From positions 16,040-80,039 of the IMG/VR virus record IMGVR_UViG_3300028590_000011: a stretch of 64,000 nt of DNA; one strand, given 5' to 3'. Position 1 is the first letter of the stretch; each line of letters opens with the position of its first letter. The stretch is from a virus. Both the position numbers and the translations under genes were made by a program. Shown one piece after another: positions 8,542 to 17,943 of the stretch. The notes under the pieces were generated by a model. That model worked only from the letters and a program-made list of their open reading frames with translations. It ran no database searches and had not been told where the DNA came from.

Positions 8542-9242
8542 TGGAGGTCCCGGACGGACACTTCAGCTTGCCGATGGCGATGATGTTGGCTCGGTCCAAC
8601 GTCGTCTCTGAGGCTCATGAGATGGACGAGAGGATTCGTCCATTCCCGGAGCAGTACGCCATGGGTCCTGGTTGCTACGGGATCGTGGCGAGTTCCAGGT
8701 CCATGGTCGAGCAGGACTTCACACTCTTGAAGCTGCTCGATCCCGAGGAGCACAAGGACGCCTTCCCGAACTGGGAGGAGCGGTTGCAACGCTCCTACGT
8801 TCTGTGCGAGTGGCTCTCCAACGACGACCCCGAGGGCGACATCGGCTGGTTCAGCCGCGTGAAGCTGGTGGAGATCACCGAGGAACAGTACGCCGAGGTG
8901 AAGACCTGGATCAGGGAAGACGCGCTCCCCGACGAGCCGCCCGACTGGTTGGACGAGGCCTACGCGCTCTACACCGAGCGGCTCTCCAAGATGGCCCCGG
9001 ACGATGTCACCGTGAACGTCCTGTGCGGTGAGTGTGGGTCGCGCAAGGTCGAGATCCACATCTACCACGCCATCCGCAAGGCTGCCCCCGCTGGTCAAGT
9101 CGAGAAGGACGGCAAGACCGTCTTCCTCCCCATGGGTCATCGCGGCTCGTCCGACTGCGTCGCGCAGATCCACCTGCACTGTCAGGACTGCAACGCGCGA
9201 CGCGACCTGGACGACGACGAGATCGGCTTCGACGCCCACTGA
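8541..9242 (+). CDS. hypothetical protein with C-terminal Zn ribbon (CGEC...CQDC)
   Basis: GGAGG RBS before ATG 8541; CxxC pairs. Confidence 0.7.
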   Translation: MEVPDGHFSLPMAMMLARSNVVSEAHEMDERIRPFPEQYAMGPGCYGIVASSRSMVEQDFTLLKLLDPEEHKDAFPNWEERLQRSYVLCEWLSNDDPEGDIGWFSRVKLVEITEEQYAEVKTWIREDALPDEPPDWLDEAYALYTERLSKMAPDDVTVNVLCGECGSRKVEIHIYHAIRKAAPAGQVEKDGKTVFLPMGHRGSSDCVAQIHLHCQDCNARRDLDDDEIGFDAH

Positions 9243-9250
9243 GGGTAGAT

Positions 9251-9274
9251 GTATAGCATGAAATGTGCTATACT
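9251..9274 (+). promoter_or_regulatory. extended -10 promoter (TGcTATACT) inside an inverted repeat GTATAGCA-N7-TGCTATAC
   Basis: Seen directly; AT-rich intergenic patch. Confidence 0.65.
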
Positions 9275-9312
9275 TATCACGTCCCTGCGAGAGCTATGCC
9301 TTCGCACACCAC

Positions 9313-9346
9313 AGCCCCAAGCTAACCCGGCTTGGGGCTTTCTTTA
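9313..9346 (+). terminator. intrinsic terminator or attenuator
   Basis: agccccaagc / gcttggggct stem followed by ttcttt. Confidence 0.7.
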
Positions 9347-9367
9347 TGTCGAAAGGAAGTGACAGAC

Positions 9368-10474
9368 ATGGCTACTGCCACTGTCATTGCGGACGGGCCT
9401 CCGATGACGGAGCCCGTTGCGCACAAGAAGTCCTCCAAGGGCTTCTGGCGTTCCATCGGGGACGCCATCTCCAGCGCGGGTCACCGCGCATGGGAGGCCA
9501 TCAAGTTCGGTGGCCGCAAGACCCTGGAGGGTCTGAAGTTCTTGGGTCGTCAGGCCGTCCGTGGAGCGAAGGCATCTGGAAACCTCGCTCTCCGTGGGGT
9601 TGGCTACCTGGGTGCTGGGATCATGTGGCTGGCGCTGACCATCCTGAACGTCGCCACCGCGCTCGTCGTGGGCGTCGTGATGGTGCTGGCCATGATCATC
9701 GTCGGCGTGCTCATGCTCGCCGGTGTCTTGATCGGCAAGGTGATCGACATCCTCGACTACTGGGTGCTCGGCTCCTTCCGTTGGCTCGCTCTCGGGCGAC
9801 CCGCTCCGTTCAATGAGTTCCTCGCGGACCGTCGCGCTGCTGCGCTGGACAAGAACATGATCCGCATCGAGAAGCTCGGCAACTGGGTCATGCGCAAGTT
9901 CAACCTGCCCACCGCAGAGGACTACACGCGACTCCTGGACGACGACATCGTGGTCGAGGACTACGACTACGACCCGGACGACCCGATCCGCATCAAGCAG
10001 CAGCAGGCGCTGGAGGACAAGGTCGCGGTGCGGTTGCAGGAGGACGTGGACAACAAGACCATGTCCTTCCCCGGTGGTCGAGCCCGCATGGTCGACCACG
10101 ACGACCCGTTCGCGGAGGGCACCGACTACACCGCCAGCATCCCGCTGATGCTCGCACCGGAGAACGAGGGCAAGACCTTCATCGAGTACGACTGGACCTC
10201 CTACGTCCACGACCCGGACTTCCCCGTGATGATCGACATCATGGAGAACACCACGATGGTTCCTTCGGAGAAGGCCTACTGGGTGGGTCGCCGGGAGATG
10301 ATCAAGTACTACAAGGACAACCCGGACGGGCTGGACGAGCACGGTCGGGCGTGGGCGGCGGTCTACCACCGCTACCGCAAGCAGACGGCACTGCCCATGA
10401 AGTACATCCGTACCGGCTTCATGGACATGGTGAACGAGCTGAAGGCCGCTCGCCGGTCCGCTGCCTCGGTCTAG
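9368..10474 (+). CDS. membrane protein with long hydrophobic hairpin and acidic C-terminal domain
   Basis: GAAAGGAAG RBS before ATG 9368; about 60-aa hydrophobic stretch. Confidence 0.75.
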   Translation: MATATVIADGPPMTEPVAHKKSSKGFWRSIGDAISSAGHRAWEAIKFGGRKTLEGLKFLGRQAVRGAKASGNLALRGVGYLGAGIMWLALTILNVATALVVGVVMVLAMIIVGVLMLAGVLIGKVIDILDYWVLGSFRWLALGRPAPFNEFLADRRAAALDKNMIRIEKLGNWVMRKFNLPTAEDYTRLLDDDIVVEDYDYDPDDPIRIKQQQALEDKVAVRLQEDVDNKTMSFPGGRARMVDHDDPFAEGTDYTASIPLMLAPENEGKTFIEYDWTSYVHDPDFPVMIDIMENTTMVPSEKAYWVGRREMIKYYKDNPDGLDEHGRAWAAVYHRYRKQTALPMKYIRTGFMDMVNELKAARRSAASV

Positions 10475-10480
10475 GCGTTC

Positions 10481-10843
10481 ATGAGGCGATCACCAGTCGA
10501 TCCAGATCTGAAACTCGCGCTGAAGCGCATCGCTCGTGAGCGTCGTGGCTACGAGCAGACGATCTGGATCGGCTTCGACAACCGTGATCACCTCGCCACT
10601 CCTGGACCACCGCTGAATCGGGGGGATCTCATCCTCCTCAACACCACGATGAAGTCGCTTTGCTACAAGGCAGTCATGCAGATCTCGATGCCTGAGGTCG
10701 GCCGGGTCAGGGCTACGACAGTCCTGCTCGGCTCTGGAGAGGCCTTCGCGCTGAACGTGTACGACCGTGGTGAGTACTGGGCTGAACCAGATCAGATGGA
10801 TCTGGTTCAGCTCAGTCAGATCAGACTGTGGATCCCCGAGTGA
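10481..10843 (+). CDS. hypothetical protein
   Basis: ORF fills the gap between neighbours. Confidence 0.55.
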   Translation: MRRSPVDPDLKLALKRIARERRGYEQTIWIGFDNRDHLATPGPPLNRGDLILLNTTMKSLCYKAVMQISMPEVGRVRATTVLLGSGEAFALNVYDRGEYWAEPDQMDLVQLSQIRLWIPE

Positions 10844-10912
10844 CCCATTCCTGGGCGCGAGGTCCACCAACTTCCCCAACTCAACAACAACCCAACCAAC
10901 AGGAAGAAGAAG

Positions 10913-11167
10913 ATGGCAACACTCACTCGTTTCACCGCCGACCTCGTCACCCAGGAGGCGCTCTCCGAGCGTCGGGTCGAGATCATCTCGCGTCAGCTGA
11001 CCGAGTACCTCCACACCCTCATCGTGGAGGACGACGACCGCCCGCACCTGGAGGTCGACAAGAACGCCCACGGCCACGTCCACGACACGGCCGATGGTGA
11101 CCGCTGCGGCTACTGCCTGGAGGAGTCCAGGGACTACCGCAACGGCGACTCCGTCGTCAACGCGTGA
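10913..11167 (+). CDS. hypothetical protein with HxHxH and CxxC
   Basis: CA-rich leader plus RBS; GC3-rich. Confidence 0.7.
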   Translation: MATLTRFTADLVTQEALSERRVEIISRQLTEYLHTLIVEDDDRPHLEVDKNAHGHVHDTADGDRCGYCLEESRDYRNGDSVVNA

Positions 11168-11211
11168 CGACAACCTTCCAACAACACACCACAGAGAGAG
11201 ATCAAGACAAC

Positions 11212-12804
11212 ATGCCTTCCATCGAAGCGAACACGTTCACCGACCGCGTCTCCAAGAAGAGCACCCAGGAGACCCTCGCCAAGCTGCGCGAGATCGGCGG
11301 TGGCAAGATCACCGAGGAGTCGGGGATCAAGTACCACAACGGTCGGGAGATCCTCCTGCCCGAGGGGATGGCCCTGAAGACGGCGGCGAAGCTCGTCACC
11401 GCGCAGGCCGTCTCCATGGAGGAGCAGCACGACTTCACGAAGGTCTTCAAGTACCGGCCTCTGGACGGCGCGTACGCGTTGCAGGAGACCCTCCGTGAGA
11501 TCTTCGGCCTGTCCGGCACGGGCAAGGCCATCCACACGATGTTCGGCAGCCAGCCGCCGCAGTACATCAACGTGGAGATCGGCATCGGCGTCGAGGTCCG
11601 GGTCCCCTGGGGCCACATCGACTTCCCGCCGTTCGAGGGCATGTTCATGACCGGGGCGAGCCACGACCCGGACTACGGCCTGCTCTTCCAGGTGACCTGC
11701 CGCGCACCGAAGAAGTACGAGCCCGAGATCGAGGGCCTCTGGCTCGCGGTCGAGGACACCCTGCGCCGCAAGTCCATCTACAAGGGCAAGGCGATCGTCG
11801 GCGTCGGCCGGGTCACGCGGGAGGGCATGGAGAGCCCGAAGTTCCTCAACCCGTTCGCCGTCGACCCCAACACCGTCGCCTACTCGCAGGACGTGCTCAA
11901 CGCCCTGCGGTCGTCGCTGTGGGGCCCGATCCGCACCGCCGAGCTCCAGCGGGCGGCGGGGCTGAAGCTCAACCGCAAGACCCTGCTGTACGGCACCTTC
12001 GGCACCGGCAAGTCGCTGGCCGGTGCACTCACGTCCCGCGCGGCGGTCAACAACGGCTGGACCTTCATCCAGACCAAGACCGGCGACGAGGACCTGGAGA
12101 AGGTCCTGAAGACCGCCGAGCTCTACGCCCCGGCCGTGGTCTTCATCGAGGACATCGACACGCTCATCGAGTCGGACCCCTCGGAGATGGCCAAGCTGCT
12201 GGAGCTGTTCGACGGCATCGGCAGCAAGGACAAGGAGGTCATGGTGCTGATGACCTCCAACTACATCGAGGCGCTCAGCAAGGGCATGACCCGCGTCGGG
12301 CGCATCGACGCGGCGGTCGAGATCGGTGACCTCGACCAGGGCGCCATCCGCAGGCTCATCTCGAACTCCTTCGAGGACACCGAGCCCTACGACGGCAGCG
12401 TGGACCACGGCATCTTCGAGGCCATGTCCAAGCGCCTCAACACCTCGGACTTCAACGTCAAGAAGGGCAGCCAGCTCTCCGACGACGTGGACTTCGAGAA
12501 GGTCCTGGAGTCCATGAAGGGCTACGAGCCCGCCTTCATCATGGGCACGTTCAACCTGGCGAAGTCCAACGCCATCATCCGCACGGAGTCGCTCAACTTC
12601 GAGCTGACCACCGAGGACTTCGTCCTGGCGGCGGACACCCTCCGCAACCAGCACGACACCCACCAGAACGCGGCGGACCGCCCCGCCGTGGACACCTTCG
12701 GGCAGTCGCAGAAGAAGCTCATCGCGGAGACCGTGGCCGAGCAGCTCCAGGGCCACAAGGTGGACCTCAGCGACGAGGGTCAGCTCATCACCCTCGAAGC
12801 CTGA
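11212..12804 (+). CDS. AAA+ ATPase (BCS1-like)
   Basis: Walker A GTFGTGKS, Walker B VVFIEDID, sensor-1 TSN, arginine finger RVGRID; alternative start 11164. Confidence 0.9.
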   Translation: MPSIEANTFTDRVSKKSTQETLAKLREIGGGKITEESGIKYHNGREILLPEGMALKTAAKLVTAQAVSMEEQHDFTKVFKYRPLDGAYALQETLREIFGLSGTGKAIHTMFGSQPPQYINVEIGIGVEVRVPWGHIDFPPFEGMFMTGASHDPDYGLLFQVTCRAPKKYEPEIEGLWLAVEDTLRRKSIYKGKAIVGVGRVTREGMESPKFLNPFAVDPNTVAYSQDVLNALRSSLWGPIRTAELQRAAGLKLNRKTLLYGTFGTGKSLAGALTSRAAVNNGWTFIQTKTGDEDLEKVLKTAELYAPAVVFIEDIDTLIESDPSEMAKLLELFDGIGSKDKEVMVLMTSNYIEALSKGMTRVGRIDAAVEIGDLDQGAIRRLISNSFEDTEPYDGSVDHGIFEAMSKRLNTSDFNVKKGSQLSDDVDFEKVLESMKGYEPAFIMGTFNLAKSNAIIRTESLNFELTTEDFVLAADTLRNQHDTHQNAADRPAVDTFGQSQKKLIAETVAEQLQGHKVDLSDEGQLITLEA

Positions 12805-12840
12805 GGCTTCACCGCAGTACCTGTTGGAAGGGGAAACCTC

Positions 12841-12887
12841 ATTGGGGGCGGGCTTCGGCCTGCCCCCAGTGGGGCCTTTCTGCGTTT
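12841..12887 (+). terminator. stem-loop with cUUCGg loop and pyrimidine tail
   Basis: attgggggcgggc-ttcg-gcctgcccccagt then ggggcctttctgcgttt. Confidence 0.65.
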
Positions 12888-12922
12888 ACCCCCAGACCCA
12901 TAACAAGCACATAGGGAGAGTC

Positions 12923-13237
12923 GTGGACGTACCCGAAGCGTTCTACGCGGAGAACCTCATCACCGCCGAGGTGACTGAGGCAGAGATCAACGAGATCTAC
13001 GAGTGGTCTGAAGAGATCATCAAGGATCTGCGCGAAACTGTGTCGCAGGTGTCCGAACTGAAGCCGGACGAGATCGACATGCAGACCATGGCCATCGAGT
13101 GCCTGAAGCTCGGTTTCCTCGCTGGGACTGTGTTCCAACGGGAGAACGGCCCCGCCCGGGTTTCCATCCCGGTGGAGATGTCCCCGGAGGCCGTGACCGC
13201 CTTCATCAACTTCCTCGTGGAGAGGGTCTCGGAATGA
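12923..13237 (+). CDS. acidic helical hypothetical protein
   Basis: GGGAG RBS, GTG start. Confidence 0.65.
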   Translation: MDVPEAFYAENLITAEVTEAEINEIYEWSEEIIKDLRETVSQVSELKPDEIDMQTMAIECLKLGFLAGTVFQRENGPARVSIPVEMSPEAVTAFINFLVERVSE

Positions 13238-13380
13238 GGGCCATCTGGATTACGGTGACGGCGATGGTGATCCGGTGCATCCGCCGCTTCTTCGCCAACA
13301 CCCCTGCCAACAAGTACGAGCGCATCGTCTTCTCAGCGGTGCGTGACTCAGCAACTGCGTTCGGGAAGGCATACGCATGA
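13234..13380 (+). CDS. small hypothetical protein
   Basis: ATGA overlaps at both ends. Confidence 0.5.
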   Translation: MRAIWITVTAMVIRCIRRFFANTPANKYERIVFSAVRDSATAFGKAYA

Positions 13381-14057
13381 GCGAGCTGACGGATCAGATC
13401 GAGAAGGCTCTCGCCAAGCTCTCCGAGATGAACCCAGGCGAGGTGGTCGATGCCACCGACATCAAGGGCGTGACCGACCAGGACACTATGCCTGGGTTCC
13501 AGGAGTACATCTCCAAGGAGAGCATGAAGACGATGCGTCGTCTCTACCGGCGCTTCGCCGGTTCTCCAGAGTTCGAGTCCTCGCAAGAGGCTCTGGACAA
13601 GACCGAGGACGCCTGCATCAAGGAGTTCTCCAAGTTGTGCGCCTCCTCTCTCGCGGACGGCATCCTCGTCGGTCAGGGCAAGATCGGCCCGGTCCGCAAG
13701 GCTGCCTTCTTCAAGAAGACGGGCGAGGTGTTCGACAAGGAGGGCTTCCGCTCGGAGTCCAACCTCTTCGTGCTCAGCGCTCAGGATGAGTTCGACTTCA
13801 ACGAGGCCATCGAGCGGTACTTCCGGATGTCGATCACCGTTATGGCGTCTTCGACCGGCTTCGCTGGCCCGACGTTGACCATGATCTCTGGCCTCGGCCA
13901 GACGCACCACAAGGTCTGGGATCTGTGGTTGCTGGCTGCCAACTCCACCTGCGTGGGGCTCTACGCCTCTGGGTTGATCATCGGCAAGGAGTGGGCCGAA
14001 CAGGATGTCCTCGCGGGCATCATGAGCGCCACGGCTGCGGTGGAGGAGAGCGAGTGA
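13377..14057 (+). CDS. hypothetical protein
   Basis: Coupled ORF, GC3-rich. Confidence 0.7.
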   Translation: MSELTDQIEKALAKLSEMNPGEVVDATDIKGVTDQDTMPGFQEYISKESMKTMRRLYRRFAGSPEFESSQEALDKTEDACIKEFSKLCASSLADGILVGQGKIGPVRKAAFFKKTGEVFDKEGFRSESNLFVLSAQDEFDFNEAIERYFRMSITVMASSTGFAGPTLTMISGLGQTHHKVWDLWLLAANSTCVGLYASGLIIGKEWAEQDVLAGIMSATAAVEESE

Positions 14058-14296
14058 ACGACACCAACCTCCGCAAGTCGAACGAGATCGGCTACATCGC
14101 CTCGATCACTACCGAGCAGGCGGTGAACTGCGCGCTGAACCTGTGCTCAGCCGCGCTCCGGCACTACAAGGTCGATGAGATCGCGGAGCTGTCGGAGCGG
14201 AAACAACAGAACCTGATCGCCATGGTGAACCGGACGCTGAAGGCGCTCGGCATCAAGGAGATCACCGTCGAATGGAGAGAGGAAGTGTCGGCGTGA
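14054..14296 (+). CDS. hypothetical protein
   Basis: GTGA overlap, GGAGG RBS. Confidence 0.6.
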   Translation: MNDTNLRKSNEIGYIASITTEQAVNCALNLCSAALRHYKVDEIAELSERKQQNLIAMVNRTLKALGIKEITVEWREEVSA

Positions 14297-15072
14297 GCAG
14301 CTTGTACGCGGCGAGCGAGGACTTCAAGAACGAGATCCGTGCGAGGAAAGAACACTGGGTGCATCAGCACCCTGAAGCAACCGATCTACCCGTCCACGTG
14401 TTCCCCTTTAGGGGAGGAGACCGCGTGGGCGAGGCGCTTCTGGCTGATCCTCACAAGCTCATCGATCTGGCACGGGCCATGGCGTTCGGCACCGCTGCCG
14501 ATGAGATCATTCTCCTCGCGGAGACCTACACCACTCCGCTTCCCGAGAACCCCAAGACAGAGATGCCTTGGGAGTCCGGTGAGCTGGAGTTCATGGCCAA
14601 CGAGTACCCCGAGTCTCTGGAGCAGGGGTGGGTCGCTGAGGCGATCACTGTCATGGCCGTGAACCGCGATGGTGTGGCCTACAACGGGATGTTCCCGTTC
14701 CGAGTCGAAGGTGACACGGTCATCTGGGACGAGGAAGCCGAAGCGGGCACAGAGATCCCGATGGATCAGGTCGCAGGCGCGATGCAGATGCTCATGGAGA
14801 TCATGAACTCCCCGCATCTGGTGCAGGCGCTGGAGAACTCGATCGGCAAGGAGCTGATCGACGCCCTGCTGGGGCCTGATGGGGAGAAGGAGATGGTTGC
14901 ACGCGACTTCGCGACCATCTCCTTCTGCATGGAGCAGGGCCTGGCCGACGCAGCGATGCTGGCGGGCAAGCCTGGCACCGAGCGTGTCGAGCTGATCAAG
15001 AAGCTGATGGAGCAGCCCTCCATCAAGGAGAAGTACAAGGCGGTCGTGATCGACCCCGAGGACAACGAGTAG
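14293..15072 (+). CDS. hypothetical protein
   Basis: GTGA overlap. Confidence 0.7.
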   Translation: MSSLYAASEDFKNEIRARKEHWVHQHPEATDLPVHVFPFRGGDRVGEALLADPHKLIDLARAMAFGTAADEIILLAETYTTPLPENPKTEMPWESGELEFMANEYPESLEQGWVAEAITVMAVNRDGVAYNGMFPFRVEGDTVIWDEEAEAGTEIPMDQVAGAMQMLMEIMNSPHLVQALENSIGKELIDALLGPDGEKEMVARDFATISFCMEQGLADAAMLAGKPGTERVELIKKLMEQPSIKEKYKAVVIDPEDNE

Positions 15073-15096
15073 CCCGTCTCTGGACGGGCTTTCTTC
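15071..15096 (+). terminator. intrinsic terminator
   Basis: agcccgtc / gacgggct stem followed by ttctt. Confidence 0.6.
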
Positions 15097-15115
15097 ATAT
15101 CTGGATAGGAGAACA

Positions 15116-15469
15116 GTGGAAACCGAAGACATCCGCGAGGCGATCGAGAAGGTCGAGCGCGAGCACGAGGCGATGACGCAGGACCAGCGGAAGGCGGCTG
15201 CTCAGCGGGCGCTCGATGACCTCGGCATCACTCAGGAGCACCTGGCCGAGTTCGAGTTCATGAAGAAGTGCTACGAGGAGGCGGCGACCGGAGACCAGCT
15301 TCCTCCGGAGATGCTGAAGGTCAGCAGGAACGGTCTGCGTCTCTTCGAGTCCTACATGCAGGCCGAGGCCGTCAGCCACGGGGAGATCAAGGACCTCGAA
15401 TCCTTCACATTCGGGATCATCATGGGTCTCTGCATCGGAGCGGAGATGGTGGAGCGGCGTCATGCCTGA
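15116..15469 (+). CDS. acidic helical hypothetical protein
   Basis: AGGAG RBS. Confidence 0.7.
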   Translation: METEDIREAIEKVEREHEAMTQDQRKAAAQRALDDLGITQEHLAEFEFMKKCYEEAATGDQLPPEMLKVSRNGLRLFESYMQAEAVSHGEIKDLESFTFGIIMGLCIGAEMVERRHA

Positions 15470-15893
15470 CACCTACAGCAACCCGTTCGAGGGGATCAGC
15501 ACGAACTCCACAGCTGAGGAGCTGGAGGCTGCCTCTGCGAAGGCCGAGGAGATGCTGAACAACCTCGACCCGGAGAAGCAGGAGTGGCTGAAGGAGTACG
15601 TCCTGGAGAAGGCCGGTCTGTCCGAAGACGACGCTGGGATGGGTCAGGTCATGATCGAGACCTTTCTCCAAGTCTGGGACGGGCTCAACGAGCCTGGCGC
15701 GGAGACGGAAGACATCTACGGCGTCTCCGAAGGCGCGATGCAGATGTTCCACGCCTTCCTCATCATGCACGGCGCGCACATCGAAGACCTGAAGGGGATG
15801 AGTCTCCACGAGGCCTTCGCAATCGGCGCGGTCATCGGGCTCGCCCATGGGCTTCAGGTCCAGTTGGCCGCAGAAGAGGTCGCGGATGAGTGA
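15462..15893 (+). CDS. acidic helical hypothetical protein
   Basis: Overlapping coupled ORF. Confidence 0.7.
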   Translation: MPDTYSNPFEGISTNSTAEELEAASAKAEEMLNNLDPEKQEWLKEYVLEKAGLSEDDAGMGQVMIETFLQVWDGLNEPGAETEDIYGVSEGAMQMFHAFLIMHGAHIEDLKGMSLHEAFAIGAVIGLAHGLQVQLAAEEVADE

Positions 15894-16185
15894 GTGGCGC
15901 AAGGTGCCGAGCACCGCTCTGGAGCTCATGAACGATGTGCGTCAGCGCATCTGGGATGCCGTCCAGAGAACCAGTGGCCCCGAGGAGATGAGCGAAGCGA
16001 TCGGTCTCGATTACAAGACGGCAGCTGAGCACACCAAGCAGACCCTGCTCGCGCTGTCGGACTGGCTTGCAGGTAAGGAGATGCCTCCCACGGAGGACAA
16101 CGGAATGACCATGTCCGTCATCTACCTGCTGGGTTTCGCTGCCGGACACCGCTACGCGCAGGAGGACGACCACGAGGAGGACTGA
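15886..16185 (+). CDS. hypothetical protein
   Basis: Overlap and GAGG RBS. Confidence 0.65.
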   Translation: MSEWRKVPSTALELMNDVRQRIWDAVQRTSGPEEMSEAIGLDYKTAAEHTKQTLLALSDWLAGKEMPPTEDNGMTMSVIYLLGFAAGHRYAQEDDHEED

Positions 16186-16358
16186 TGCCCAAGCGCAGGA
16201 TGAAGGGCGGTGACGAGCGCGACGCGTTCACACGTTGGCGTCACTACCTCCACTGGCGTCCTGGTGAACGCAAAGCGATCAAGGCTCGCGCCAACAGGCG
16301 TGAGCGACGTACGGAACGTCAGCGACTTGCTGACGACAACAGAAGAGGAGAGCAATGA
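16185..16358 (+). CDS. 57-aa Arg-rich protein (MPKRRMKGGDERDAFTRWRHYLHW...), not in track
   Basis: TGATG and ATGA couplings; GGAGG RBS. Confidence 0.7.
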   Translation: MPKRRMKGGDERDAFTRWRHYLHWRPGERKAIKARANRRERRTERQRLADDNRRGEQ

Positions 16359-16585
16359 GCCTGAACCACGCGGTTGTCGAGGTGTTGCATCACGCACCGG
16401 ACGACAGCCTCACCGACCAGGCCGACATGGTTGTCGGCAAGGTCAAGGACCTGATCCGGAACCCCGAGGTCAGGCGTCAGGTATACATCGAGGCCACCGA
16501 GACAGTCGACGGCCTCTCCATGATGGAGATCCACACCGTGTTGGACTCCCTGATCGAAGTGTTGGGAGATGCAGATGGCGACTAA
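16355..16585 (+). CDS. hypothetical protein
   Basis: AGGAG RBS, overlap. Confidence 0.65.
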   Translation: MSLNHAVVEVLHHAPDDSLTDQADMVVGKVKDLIRNPEVRRQVYIEATETVDGLSMMEIHTVLDSLIEVLGDADGD

Positions 16586-17477
16586 CCGTCGCGCGCCGGA
16601 CCCGAAGGTTGGATACGAGACCTGGACCCCGGCCAACGCTGAGAACGCGCTCAGCAAGAACGAGATCAACCGCAACATCCGCCGCTCGCGGGTGGAGCAG
16701 TACCAGCGGGACATGGAGAACGGGGACTGGAACCCCCACTCCGCACCGATCGTGTTCGACTCCACCGGAAAGCTGATCGACGGTCAGCACCGGCTCACCG
16801 CGCAGGTCAACGCGAACATCACCATCCGCTGGATGGTGGTCCGCGAGGTCCCCCCGGAGACCCAGACGGTGATGGACACCGGCGCTGGTCGCTCGGTGGC
16901 TGACCTGCTGTCCTTCGGCGGGGAGAAGAAGGCTGGTCTCCTCGTTGCTGTTACCCGACTCGTGCATCTGGTGATCGAGAAGGGGATGCAGGGCTCGCGG
17001 TACTCCCAGTCGGCGTCGGAAGTGCTCCGCACTCTGGAGGAGCACCCCGAGATCCGGGTGTCCGTGGACATCTGCGACTGGTTCAACCGCACACGGATGG
17101 TGATGATCACGCCTTCCGTGATCGGGTGCGCGCACTGGATGATCTCCCAGGTGAACGGTCGCGAAGAGGCCGACGCCTTCATCCACCGCATCGGCACGCT
17201 GACCAATGAGAAGGAGGGCTCTCCGGTCCTCGCGCTCGCGCGTCGCGTGAACGAGATCAAGCGCAACCAGCAGCGAGTCCACGGGCGCGACATGCTCAAC
17301 CTCGTCATCAAGGCGTGGAACTACGACGCCGAAGGCAAGCGGGTCGGCAAACTCTCGCTCTACTCCAAGACCGGTGAGTACAAGCTCCTGGAGGTCAAGA
17401 AGCGGCTCGTGCCGCTGGAGGAGCCCGAGGACCACACCGAGGACCAGCAGGACGAGGTCACGGAGGAGTCCGCGTAG
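16575..17477 (+). CDS. ParB/Srx-like (DGQHR-motif) domain protein
   Basis: NR...Y..DM..G.W...IVFD..GKLIDGQHRL.A motif. Confidence 0.75.
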   Translation: MATNRRAPDPKVGYETWTPANAENALSKNEINRNIRRSRVEQYQRDMENGDWNPHSAPIVFDSTGKLIDGQHRLTAQVNANITIRWMVVREVPPETQTVMDTGAGRSVADLLSFGGEKKAGLLVAVTRLVHLVIEKGMQGSRYSQSASEVLRTLEEHPEIRVSVDICDWFNRTRMVMITPSVIGCAHWMISQVNGREEADAFIHRIGTLTNEKEGSPVLALARRVNEIKRNQQRVHGRDMLNLVIKAWNYDAEGKRVGKLSLYSKTGEYKLLEVKKRLVPLEEPEDHTEDQQDEVTEESA

Positions 17478-17486
17478 TACCAACCT

Positions 17487-17520
17487 GAGGGGGCCTCTCC
17501 CCATGGGGAGAGGCCCCCTC
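17487..17520. repeat. perfect 34-bp palindrome
   Basis: gagggggcctctccccatggggagaggccccctc equals its own reverse complement. Confidence 0.95.
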
Positions 17521-17535
17521 GTGCATAGGAGAATC

Positions 17536-17943
17536 ATGAACGACACGATCGATGAGTTGGAGAAGTCCATCGCCACCATGCAACGGCAGATGGCGCTGCT
17601 GAAGCGTCTGCCGATGGAGGACGAGTTCTCGTTGGGAACCGTCATTCGGTACAGGCACTCGGAACGAGCGGACTGGACATACTTCGTCAAGAGCAAGACG
17701 AGCATGTGGTCAAGGCCAACTGTGGTCCAGCACTACTACTGGGGTCAGGTTACGGCCATGATGAAGAACGCCATCGAGGTGGAGATCAGCACTGGCTGGA
17801 ACAACCTTCTCGCTGACCCGAAGCCCACTGTGGAGATCTCTCACGACGGCGCTCGCTTCGTCCTGACCGACACCGTGACTGGCGACACCTGGGAACGCAA
17901 GGGCTCCAAGTGGAAGTTGGTCGAGGAGGATGAGGACGAGTGA
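17536..17943 (+). CDS. hypothetical protein
   Basis: AGGAG RBS before ATG 17536. Confidence 0.7.
   Translation: MNDTIDELEKSIATMQRQMALLKRLPMEDEFSLGTVIRYRHSERADWTYFVKSKTSMWSRPTVVQHYYWGQVTAMMKNAIEVEISTGWNNLLADPKPTVEISHDGARFVLTDTVTGDTWERKGSKWKLVEEDEDE

Noticed and set aside
16575-17477. DndB/phosphorothioation system suggested by DGQHR
   Set aside because: No other dnd genes; the motif is also typical of stand-alone phage ParB-like proteins
2190-17705. Long - strand ORFs in the left arm (e.g. 2190-3722, 11134-12756, 16470-17705)
   Set aside because: Antisense shadows of GC3-rich + strand genes; no RBS or coupling, and V/L/D/H-rich shadow composition
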